This document shows positions 16,418 to 28,100 of a DNA stretch of 64,000 nt, piece after piece. Made by a program: the position numbers and the translations under genes. The stretch lies in NCBI RefSeq assembly GCF_036321535.1, contig NC_087446.1, positions 62,806,001 through 62,870,000 of the forward strand, written 5' to 3'. Each line of letters begins with the position of its first letter. Within the stretch, counting starts at the first letter, position 1. Below the pieces are notes generated by a model. It saw only the letters and a list, made by a program, of their open reading frames with translations. It searched no databases and was not told the DNA's origin. This stretch comes from Camelus dromedarius (taxonomy: Eukaryota).

Positions 16418-19400
16418 TCAGACCCACACTGTGCAAGTCTTTGGACCAGTGAGCTCCTGGGAAAGGGAAGGGACATGTCAGAAATAGGTCAGCTGTCCCC
16501 CTCCCTCCCCCAAGATTTGCCAGTCCTCTGAGGGGCACACCGCCTGCCTTGGAACCTAAGTTCCTCAGCTCTTCACCCACAGCTGGACCCAGCCTCTCTG
16601 GCTTAGTCTTAAAACAACTGATCATTTCATCCCCACCCCTTCCTCCTTCATCTTCCTCCTCAGCCCTCTTCGCAAATCCCTCTGCCTGGATCTTCAGCCA
16701 CTGACTCACACCTCCCTCGCCATAGCCCAGCACCTCCTGGCTTCCACTCCCGCTGCTACTGCCTCCTCACCAGTCTCTCCAGGGCATATGCAGCTGCATC
16801 CTGGACACTCACAAACAGCTGTTCTGGGGTCACTCTGTCCAGGAGTCCTGCCTGGGTCAGCGTCCCCAGCACTGAGGCTGTGTGGAGAGGGGGGCCAGGC
16901 TCTCAGGCCCTACATCCACACTGTGTCCTCTTCCCTCCCCCCAGATGTCTGGTCATTCCCCAGTCTCCAGGTCCCTCCACCCTCCACACCTCTCACCATT
17001 ACATTGAGCCAGGAGAAAGTGGATCCCAGCATCTCGGCATCGGCTGGCCAGCTGTGGGGGTGGGGGGAGAGGGGTTAAATCCTACATCAGAGAGTATTCA
17101 TGGGATGAGAAGGGGACTATCTCCTTAACCTACCCTCTCCCTCACCTGAACCACTTCTCTGGCCCCTGCAGCATCTGCAAAGGTGACACCACTGCAGTCT
17201 AGGACCACCACTCTGACAGGCTCAGCAACTAGGATGGGAGAAAGCAAGAGTACCCTGATGCCTCCAAGGGTCGTGCCCAAATCTCCTTCCTTGTCATCCC
17301 ATCTCACCTGCATCAGGTGGGCTGTCTGTCTTTGGAGTGAGCTGTGAGTAGAGAAGGGCAGTCACCACCTCTGAGACACAAGCACGAACACGTACCCCTT
17401 GAGCACAATGACCCCCCTCAGAACACCCACCTGCCTCCCACCCCCAAAGAAGCCATACACTCCTTTTGACCAAATCCCTCACCTGGCCTCCTTCTCCAAG
17501 CCTCAAATGCCACTCCAGGATGCGGCGAAACTGCCCACGGGTCCCAAAGTAGAGTGGTGTTGGATAGCTCAGGATGCGGAGCCCTGGGACCTGGAGGAGC
17601 TAAGGGGCCGGAGGGTCAGTGAAACATTCCAGTCCAATCTCCCCTTCCTGCTTTGGCTGTAGCCCACCCACCTTGTGGCTCTCTCGGAGTGGCCTGTAGA
17701 GCTCTGTCCCCTCGGCCAGTCCAAGTGCCAGGCACCGGACCCTAGGCAGGAAGCTGGGGTCAGATTCCCAGCCTGAGCTGGCTGGAGAGTCACCCCAAGC
17801 ACTCTGTTCTCTCCCCTCCTCTCGACTCCCCTCATCTCTACTCCCACCTCTGGGTGCGGCAGACCACAGTCATCATGGAGAAGACCACACCTACAGCCAG
17901 GCCCAGGTCCACGCTCAGGGTCACTACAGCCACCCATGTGACCATCCACACAGCCTGCAGGACATAGATGGGAGTGAAATGCCCAGAAGGAATACCAGGC
18001 CATCACTGCCAGGAAAAGGGGTCCAGGGGCAGTGACTACCTGGGCAAATAATGGGGAGGGATGGCTCAGGAGAAAGTGGAAAGGATGATGGAGGGGACAG
18101 GACTGACGTAATGGGGGTTCCCCCCAGATGTAACTACCCCTTGAACCACCTGGGGAGTTATAAATATTCAAGTCTGAAGAGGTTCAAGCTCCACCCTTCA
18201 CCTTGTCTCTGAGTAAAGGGATGAGGAGGTATACATGGTGGGGGTGGGTTGGGTGCAGAACTTAGGGCCGGGACACTTAGCTTTGATCCAGGGCAGGGGT
18301 TGGGGATTCTGGGGAAGATGAGAGGGGCAATCTGAGGGTAATGCTGCCATTTCTCACAAAGTCCACGCGGCTGATGCGCCACAGTTGTGGAAGCTCCTGC
18401 ATCTGGAAGAACATCTGGCGCATGCTGGAGATGTTGATGCAGGCCAGGACAGCCTTGGGGCAGAGGAGGTGAGCTGACCTCCCCAGCGTACTGAAATAGA
18501 GCCACCCACCCCCCAGCCATCCCTCCACCTTCTCTGCTGCTTACCTTGGGCAGATAGTAGAAGAAGGGCCCCAGCCACAGCAGCACAGACAGGACAACCA
18601 GGCAGGAAAAAAGGCCTGCCAGCTGGAGGGAAGGAGGGATGGAGGGACGGAAGCAAAGAAGGGAGGGAACCCCACCCACCATCTGCTTCGCCATCCTTGG
18701 AAGGCTCCCTCCTCCCAAATCCCCTCCACACCGCCACACAGATATTCCTCACCCCTCAACTCCCTTCTTGATATTCTGCCACTCTCACCTACCTTTCCTC
18801 TCCCCCAGTTAAATGCCTATCATTTGCCAGATTCCCCCAAGATGTAGTTCAATGTCCCTAAAAAACCACTGGTAGATTACCCTAAAAGCAGACTAAATAC
18901 ATGCTTAGGGCACCAGGAAAGTACGAGAAACCAGAAATATTAGGGAGAGACTTCGATATATGATATTTCTTTTTAAGAGAAAACGTCCTCACAAGGAAAA
19001 AAAAATCAGAATTTTGTTTTTAAAGTTTATTTTCCATATTAGTATTGTTCTTATTTTGAACTACATATAGGGTACCTTTTTCAGTGCTTAGAGTCTACAA
19101 AGGTCTTAATGGAGCTTTCTTCTCTTCAATCTCTCCTACCCAGATAGTCCCATCCCCACACTCACCTCCCCTCACAGATTCCCATCCTCCTCTATAGAGC
19201 GGCCACCTGGGTATCTACCAGTCTTCCACCTGTTCCACCACCACCCAAACTGGATGCCTCTTCCCCCTTCTTCTCATCCAAGGACAGGCTCTTACCTGTG
19301 TGTTCCCACCAGCATCCACTAGTAGGCTGGTCGTGGCCAACGTGGCCGAGTTGGGAAAGCAAGAGAAGAGGGAGGAGACGAGGTTGGAGACCCCATGCGC

Positions 19401-22400
19401 CAAGAGCTCCTGGAGGGATGCAGTGAGATGAAGAGGAGAGAGACCAAGTCATGTGTGGGGAGTGGGGAGTCACATGAGGGGGTTGTCCCTGGAATGAGGC
19501 TGGGGTCCTCACTCAAAGTCACACCTGGTTGGAGTCAATAGTGTAGCTGTACTTGTCTGCATAGATGGAGGCCAGGGAGGTGGACACAGCAAAGGTAACC
19601 AGTGCCATGGGCAGCGAGTCAGCCAGAATTCTGGGCAGTTCAGCCAGACTGGGGAGGAGAGGTTGAGGAAATCTAGAAAAAGAGAGGGATCTGTGGTGAG
19701 GATGGCTGGGGTATAAGGAGGCTATGGGGAAGAGAGAGAGAACTGCATAGGGCAGGACAAGAGGAGGTGTTGAGAGACAGAGTTGTGAAAAAAGAAAGTT
19801 GGTGTCTTTTCATTATCTCTTACCCTCCGGGCAGCAATCCCACTATTTGGACATTGTATCTTGTGTCCAGGGAAGAGGTGAAGCAGAGCACAGAGGCCAG
19901 AAGCACCTAGGAAAGAGAGGAAATGTGGGCATGGGAGGAGATAGGCCCCTGGCAGAGGCTAGAACGGGCTGGACATGAGAGAGGATTGTAACGCCGGGTC
20001 CCATGGTTGCAGGAGCCCAGCAGCTGGGGGAGCTGGGATGTGTTTGGGATGAGTGCCCGACAACTGATTTAGAGTGAGGGAGCATGGGGACGGAAATGAG
20101 GATGATGTGTGCCTGGACTTATGGAGAGAGATGGACTGGAGGAAATCAGAGAGAGCTGCTATGAGCGATGGTGTATATCAAGAAATACAGCCAAGCCATT
20201 CCAAGTAGGGAAGCTGGGTTACATCTAGGGACATATGGGTTATCTGTGGAGATGTGGAATATTTAATTAGCTGGGGAGAAAGAGAAATGTAGGTGGATGT
20301 AGGGAGGGAGACAAGCCGTGAATTTCAGTGAAGGACTGGGTGAGGAGAAAGAGGGAGTGGAGGTTCTGTGGGACCGCTGTAAGGAGGAAGAAGACTTTCT
20401 GAGAGCTCCCGGGCGGGCTTCAGGAGAGAAGGGGGAACGTGTGGATGGGGGATTTCAGAGCGTCAAAGTGTTTTGGGAAGAGGCCTGGAAAAGTACCGCA
20501 TAAGCAAGGCCTCTCATCTGTGACCTCTCTGCACTCCACGAGGGGGCGGCAGCGGCCAGTTCCTACAGGATGGGCAGTGTTTGTGCGGTGCCAGAGGCTG
20601 GGACCCAGGAGCCATCCTCACCATGACAATTTCCCCTGGGATCGGGGTGGGTAGCTTGTCTCGAAATCTCACATTCAGTTCCTTCACCGGCACGAGCAGC
20701 GCCAAGCTGAGTGCGGAGATGGTCAGTTCGGCGGGGCTGCTCCGGGGCAGCGCCGTCAGCACGGCGGCCAGCGTCTGCGGGCAGGGGCGGTGAGCAGAGG
20801 GCCCTGAGCCAGGTCGACTGCCCCCAGCGCGGACCCCCCAGACCAAGGCGGGGCCCTCTCTCCTGGCTCGCATCAGAGCTTTCACCTCCGTAGCGACCCT
20901 CATTCAGCCACATGGTTCTGACTTCTCCGTCCCCGCCCCACACTATCCCTCCACTCGCAGCCATTCCTTCCTTTTCGGGTTCCTGTCTTCCCGGGACAGC
21001 CAGAAGCTTCTTCGCTTTTCTCCCACCCCCACCTTGAAGAGAGCGAAGCAGCCGATCTGGCGCGGAAGGGGCAATCCCAAAAGGCTGGGCAGCTGGGACA
21101 CGAGCACGTGTAGGGCAGCCCCGCTGGTCAGTGCTTTGACCACAGGTTCCGACAGAAAGGTGGCCAGGATGCCGAGCTGCAGCGCGAACATCCCCAGCTG
21201 CAGGAGAGAAGATGCGCCATCATCACTCATCACCGGAGGAGGAGAGGACCAGCCAGAGTGCAGTGTGCCAGCTTCTCCGGGCACCTCTCCCGCCCAGACC
21301 GGTGCTGGAGACTTGTCCCCCCGCCTCCTCCCCTGGCCCAGTTCCATGGCCCCCAGCGTGGATCCCCCAGCGTCCTCCCCCAAGGTCCTCCCTCACCATC
21401 AGTGCCCCGCTCCCGAAGGCCACGGCCGCCGCGGCACCAACCCGCTGAGCATCCAACTGTTCCCTCTCGATTCCGCTCAAGTTCCCCTCGAGAGGTTCAG
21501 GCACCAGCCGCTCCACGGCGGAGCCCGTCATGAGGCTGAGTACCGCGAAAGTTCCTAGGGCCCCGGGACAAACGCAGAAATCGCCAGCTGTGCCGCTTGG
21601 GCGCAGCAACATCCCAGCCCTGCCCCCCCCCCCCCATGCTGCTGTCAGGCCCCCTGTCCTAGAAGGCTGCTGCTCTGGTGAAGACCATGGAACCAAGAGA
21701 AGCCCAGAACCCCTGGTGAGGAAAGAAGGGAGCACCCACTGCAAAACTGCCCCCAGACTGCATCAGCCCCCTCTTGCAGATGCCCTGCAGACTGCTTGCT
21801 CCTTTGGGTGACAGTGCATATTCTCTCCCCTCTTCCAAGTTTTAAGGGACATTCGTTTTAGCCAAATTTCACGGGGAGGAAAAGTCTGAGTAAACTCCTG
21901 CCTCTTTGCACCGACTTAGCACCTCCAGCAAGCATTGCCTAGGTCAGAGGATCATAGCTGGGTAGCGGAAGGGGTGGACAGGATGGTGGGGGATGTGAAG
22001 AGGGGAATAAGAGATAGATTATAAGAACTGGAAGCCTCAAACCCCTGTTCATTTCACCCCACAGAGAAGGAGAGAAGTCACTGGGTCACTCACCCGTGGA
22101 CAGATGTCTCCCAGTACCCAACAAGGTGTAGATGAGGACAGGGAAAAAAGAAGTGTAGAGTCCAAATACTGGGGGCACGGAGGTCAGGAGAGCAAAAGCC
22201 ATGCCTGGGGGAGTAATGGAAGAAATGACTGATCTTCAGTGTGTGGGGTGGGAGGGGGGTGGGGGTTCCCAGCCTCCAGGACTCCGTTCCCTTCCCACAC
22301 TCTGGGAGGCTGGCACCGGGATGCTAAATCACGCCACATGAGGGAACTGAGGGGTTAAGGGACCTCGGTGGGAGGTCGTGGGGCGAACAAGTTCAGAGAT

Positions 22401-23030
22401 CCGTGTCGGCTGAGTCCTGGGGGGCAGGCATCAGGCCTCTCTCCAGTTCCCTGAGCCAGAACGTGTCCAAGACTTCTCGCAGGATTGCGCAGATGAGGGG
22501 AGCTGGGGGGTGGGGATCTGACGGAGGTCCACAGTCCTTGGCCAGAACTTGGCCTCAGATCCGGGTCGCCGAACCCTCAGCCGCACTAACCCACCACTTC
22601 GCTCCCGGTCCCAGGTCCCAGGCCCCATGCCAACCCAAAGCCCTCTAGAGCTTGGGCCCCTGACAGGCTGCTATTGGGGCCTCTCACCCTGGGGCACGTG
22701 CACGATGCCCACGGTCACTCCGGCCACCGCATCCCCCAGCAGCCAGGCCCGCCAGCGGTACCGGGGCAGCCAGCGCAGCGGGGGCAGCCGCGCCAGCAGC
22801 AGGCGCCACGCCCCTTGTCCGGAACAGGCGCCGGCCCGCCGCCTCCAGAGCCCGCGCAGCCGGGACCAGCGAGGCTCCGCCAGCGGCTCGGGCTCCTGCT
22901 CTGCGTCCCCGAAGAGCTGCTGGAACCGGGTCTCGGTAAGCGGTTCCCTGAACTTGGCGCCCAGGGGAAACTTAAGGTCGGAGGTCTCTCCCGGACCTGG
23001 GCAGGTCCTGGAGCCCAGGAGCCCACTCAT
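16418..23030 (-). CDS. SLC26A10: Solute carrier family 26 member 10 (SulP/SLC26 anion transporter with STAS domain), intact, 686 aa
   Basis: 18 exons, all GT-AG and phase-compatible: 23030-22688, 22204-22094, 21554-21397, 21197-21033, 20774-20622, 19906-19824, 19672-19525, 19409-19296, 18622-18545, 18453-18358, 17954-17848, 17741-17672, 17599-17483, 17341-17308, 17228-17146, 17051-16997, 16877-16771, 16456-16418. Total 2061 nt. SLC26 motifs [34 protein letters not shown] and [11 protein letters not shown]; STAS motif [13 protein letters not shown]; C-terminus PKTCTVWV*. Confidence 0.93.
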
Positions 23031-23130
23031 TTTGCCCTCGGCCACCTCCAACTCCGCCCAGTCTTAAATAGCCCTCCGCGCGCTGGCCCCGAGTCCCGCC
23101 TCCGAGAAGCAGGGTCCAATCCTGTCCCGG
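20540..23130. promoter_or_regulatory. SLC26A10: CpG islands over SLC26A10 exon 1 (about 22400-23130) and exons 3-5 (about 20540-21600)
   Basis: High CpG density seen directly. TATA-like TATTTAA on the minus strand at about 23065-23071, roughly 35-40 nt upstream of the ATG. Confidence 0.65.
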
Positions 23131-25197
23131 AGGGCGCCCTCTCTTGGGGACCTTCTGCAGTCAGGAGACAGCTGCATCTTGGGGAGGGGGTGTCTCTTAT
23201 GTTAGGCGTTTCCTCAGACATCCTTGGCAGGACCGCTTTCTCTGGAGCCTGTGGGGGATGGCTGTGAAAAGGTGTAGGAGCCAGAGAAATAGGCCAGAAG
23301 ACAAGCGCACCCCGACACCCACTGTTTGCCACTCCTGTCTTTTGACTCCCACCTCCTCACTCCCAGTTCCTTTCCACATCTGCACTTCGGGGAGACTCCC
23401 CTAGGGTTACTGGTCACTCTCAGGGCTGCTGCATTCCCAGCAAGAAAGTTCAGCTGGGTTTCAACCTCCCCTTCTCCTCCCGGACCCACAACCTCATGGG
23501 GCACAGCTTGTTCCCAAAAGTGTAAGGGGCTCCATTGGCCTCAGCAGTTTCACAAACTACCTAGATGGGAAGCAGCTCCATATATTGGCTAGGGATGGAC
23601 AGAGAACCACCATCCCACACCTCTGCTGGGAGTGGCTGGGTCTAAATCCCCAGTTCAGGGCCTCAGGGGGAATACTGGACAGATAGGGAATTTTATTTCT
23701 CAGAAGCAAAAACCAGTGCATCACTATTTATTACATTCCAGTGTTATTCACATTGTAGGCACTCAACAGCACTTGGTGGTCAAATTAAGTACAAAAGGTC
23801 ACCCACCTATCTCATGTACCCCTGTGGTCCCTAAAGAGATACAAAGGTTCTGCGCTCCAAATCCTATTTTCCTCATCCCCTCCTCCATTCGCAAGAATCC
23901 TTAGCACCCCTCCCCATCACCCTCCAGTCCCAGTCCCTGACCCCAAAGCTCTGGGGGTGGGGTACAGTGAGGGTGGATCTCCCCTCTTCAATTCCTCCTA
24001 TTGTTCCCCAGAAGTCTTATCTGGGCTGTACGTCCTGTCCCCCCCTTAGAGGCCCCTCCCCTCATTGTGGCCAGAGAGACCTCAGGCCCACAGGGAGGCT
24101 CCAGCTCCTCCTTGTCCCCCCACCCCAGCAGTCTATTGTCTGCTGAGGAAGCTCAAGTACACGTGACTGGGCCCAGGGGACGAATGGACACAGTGGACAC
24201 ACCGATGCCCAAGGACCCAGGACAGGGCACCTGGACATGCATCTCTGCATGTTTGGCTCTCTCTGTCCCAGGGAGGGGTGAAGACCCCTCTGGGCTCTCC
24301 ACTCTTGGGTCTGTGGCTTGAAGAAGAATCCCTTCCTTCTCAGTATGGATATGCCCTACAACCTCCCAGACGGCAAAAATAAGGAGACCCAGAGCCAGAA
24401 GGAGCCATAGCGCCCAGCATCCTCTCCACCTCCCCGAGTTCCCTCAGCTGGACATGGAAGCCTCAGAAGGAAAGGTACATTGAGCACTTGGTCCTTCAGA
24501 ATCTGGGTGTTGGGGGGAATGGCGGGAGGTCACCCCAGAGTGGGCTTTCCAGTGGGTCTAGAATACAGGCTAGATGGGAGGGAAAGAAGGGCTGGGCAAA
24601 GGGGAGGATATATCAGGGTTCTAGGGTTTCCCAGTGGCCCCAAGTTCCAGGACTGGACTGAGATGCTGCAACTGCAGGTAAGCGACAAAGATAACATCTT
24701 TTGTCTTACATACTGAGCCCTTCTCCTATCACAAGACCCCTCCTCAGACAATTGATTTATGGGGCCAGCTGATCTCTTCCACACCCATTCTCCCAACTCA
24801 GCCCTACCTCTGCCTCCCCTGCCCTCTGCCAANNNNNNNNNNNNNNNNNNNNNNNNNNNNNNNNNNNNNNNNNNNNNNNNNNNNNNNNNNNNNNNNNNNN
24901 NNNNNNNNNNNNNNNNNNNNNNNNNNNNNNNNNNNNNNNNNNNNNNNNNNNNNNNNNNNNNNNAGGGGACCTGTGATGCATGCAAAGGGGTGGGAACTGA
25001 AGGAACCTGTATTCCTTGGGCAGAAAGAAGTCCTTTTAAGTCTAGGTACCCTCCTCCCAGTTGACACCTCTCCCAGCCTTGCCCACCCTCCAGACAACCA
25101 AGAGGGAGGAATTCTGGGGCCATGCCAGAAGGGTTGCCCTTAAGTTCCTGGGGAAACAGGGTGGCTCAGTCAGCACCACCCCTATGGCCTTTCCCAG

Positions 25198-28100
25198 TTA
25201 CAGCTCATCTTCATCCAGCTTGGCAAGTCTGGCTTGGCAGGGAGGGGTGTTTGGAATTGGTGGCACTGGAGGAGAGTCCTGAGGAGCCTGAGGGATGTCA
25301 CTGAGAGCCTGAAGAAAGACTCAAGTCAGAGGATCAAAAAAGTTCAGGAATCCACCCTCACTCCTCTCTTGTCAGTATAAGCCCCTTGCCAAGCCCCTCT
25401 TGTCAGACATCTTAGATTATCTGAGACCATCAGCTTCTCCTAGCATTAAACTGGAGTGCAGGAGGGCCAGAGATAGGAAGGAGGAAGGGGCAGACAAAAG
25501 GAAGGTGGTGGAAGGAGGAATGATATAGGCGAAAGAGATCTGGGGATCCCAGAACAAGAGAGGCCCTCCTCGTTCTGCCCCTACAACCTGGGAACTCCAT
25601 TCCTCATACCTGTGTGTCCAGGGGCAGGGGGGCTCTGGCCACTTCCCCTTTGGGCAACAGCAGCAGAGAGGGGAGAGAGCCATTGATGGGTGTGCGTGTG
25701 CTGACCTGAGCCCGGTCTCCAGGCCGAATTCTCCCAGGGCTCCCCGCCCAAGGGCCTCCTGGCCGCCCCAGGCTGTTGGTCTGACTCTCCCGTCTCTGGT
25801 ACTCAATGGGTGACTGCAATGCTGGGGCGAAGAGAGGAACAGAAGGAGGATTACAACAGACACATCCCTTCCCAGGGGCTCTGCTCAGGCCATCCTCCCT
25901 CTCTGCTCTCCCTCCCGAGGACTGTCAGCCAACATAAGTTGCTTGGGGCTTTAGTGGGTTCTGAGTTACTAAATCTTGAGCAAGTAGTAGAAAAGTGGGG
26001 ATGAGGGACAAAGAGATGCTGGGATCAGGGGGCAGGGATTTTTGGAGATTGGGCAGTGAGGGATTCAGGAAATCAAAGGGCTGAGGGAGTATGTTGGGGA
26101 GGAAGGGCAAGAATTTCACCGTTGAGAAAGTCCCGCTGGCTTTCCAGGATCTGAGCCACTTGCTTGATCCAGGCCTGACTGACCGCAGGGTCTGCAGTCT
26201 GCAGGATATAGCGCTGGATCCCACCCTCTGGCCCTCTGGAGGTCAGTGCAAAGCGGCAAGGGTCACCTTGGAGGTTCCCCTCCAGTCCCAGGCAGCTCAC
26301 CTGGATTGGCAAATAGGAGGTAGCCCCCAAATTCTTCAGGCCCTCTCTGGCTCATCCCCCCTCCAACAAATCCAAGAGCCAGACATCGTCTCAGAGGCCT
26401 CCCCCCTCCCAGTCAGACCCCACCCTCGGGGCCCCCTCCCCACCTTGATGCTGCTCTTGTACACATATCCAGGCTGCGTTCCACCTCGCACTCCTCCTCC
26501 CAGGGCCTCACTGAAGATGACGATTTGCTCAAAGAGGAAGACGCGCCTCTCTCGACCCCGGGAAGAGAGCAGACCCCCAGCCTCGGGTTCTGTGACCCAG
26601 AATGTGTCCTGGCCCAAGAGCTTCCCCTGAGCAGTCAGTTTGCCCTAAAATCAAAGGAGAGTGGCCTTTGAGGAAAACAAGAAGAGAAAGGGGGCAACTC
26701 TCTGCTCTTCCCTCCTTCCCCTGACACTTCCAACCAACCATGGGGTCAGCCCCAGGAGAGGACAGCTCCCCATCAGAACCACCTGAGTGCTCAGCTTGGG
26801 CCAGAAAAGCCTTGCTCCTTCCCTGTACCTCAAACCCCCGCAGTCTCCCCAGGGTCATCATGTCATTGCAGCGCTTGGGTACGAAGCACATGACCTCCAC
26901 GGCTTGCTGGGACACAGGTAAAGAGAGGAGTATTGTCATTGTTGGGAAAGAGACCTCTTCGGACCATGTTTCAACCCCCAACCAGCTGTCCCCCTAAAAA
27001 CCGGACAGCTCCACACCACCCAAGGAGTGGGCAGAACCCAGTAGACTAAGCAGATAAAGTGTGCATGGTGTGTTTATGAGATCTGGGGGTCCTCACCTCT
27101 AGCTCTTCAGTATCCATCCCAGCTCTGCTATAATACTTGAGAAAATCCTATGACATAGAAAAGAAATGCTCAGGGAGGTCACGAGGACATCCACAAAAGC
27201 TCTCACATCCTCCCCTGGGGACACAGGTGAGGACCCCCAGGAAGTCTTGGGGGTAGCCTTAGGAACCCTGGGGAGGTGAGTGAGGAAATGACCACCCCTG
27301 CCAGCTGTGCCCCCAGGGAACAGGTGGTCCTGACCTTGAGCAGCAGCTGGTACTTCATGATCCTCTGCACTGGCTTGATGAGGAGGTCATTGAGCTGCAG
27401 GCGGTGCCCCAGCTGCTGCCGGAGCTCCTGGGGATAGGGACAGACAGGGTGGTTTTGCAGCTTGGGAAGCCTGTTCATGCTGATGATTCTGTTCCCCTTC
27501 CCCCAAGATGTCTCAGCCACTGACCTCAAAGTAGCTGTCCCCAAATTCTGACACCACATGCTCTGACTTGGGCTTATTCTGACAGTACACCACGTACATA
27601 TGCAGCCGGCGCTCCTAACGGGAGTAAAATTTAAGAAAGAGTAGATGAGTGAGGAGAGAGGGCACTTCTTTAGGGCTCTGTGACCCACTCAAAAGCCCCT
27701 CCCTTCCTGGGTCCCACTCTCTCTAGCCTCACATGTTTGATGAATAGCTGAGCCAGCCAATCAGGGTCCTTCAAACACTGCTGTAACTCCTGCAGGAAAT
27801 AGCTGGAGAGGTGGGGCGGGGTGGGGGGAAGGCAGGTCAATTACCCCCACCCCAAACAATTCAGAGCTGTCTGCCCTAGTAGTGCTCCCTGTGAAGCCTT
27901 CCCAAACATTCCTCAGGCAGCAGGGGACCCATGGGTAGGATACAGAGACCATCAGACGTGCGCCCCTCCCCCTCACTCTCAGGGTCCACCACTCACTCTC
28001 GATGCCACTCGTAGATTTGCTGGATGTTCCCAAACACAATCCTGTCACGGCCCCGAAGGCTCTCGGGGACCCCCTGAGCAGCCATGGTGGCCATGTAACC

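Noticed and set aside
21034-23267. Several 170-200 aa plus-strand ORFs opposite SLC26A10 (for example 21034-21558, 22549-23067, 22674-23267)
   Set aside because: Antisense shadows of GC-rich coding exons and CpG islands, with low-complexity Pro/Arg/Gly/Ala composition.
23578-23588. CArG-like CCATATATTGG upstream of SLC26A10
   Set aside because: It has seven A/T bases between CC and GG, not six, so it does not fit the SRF consensus.
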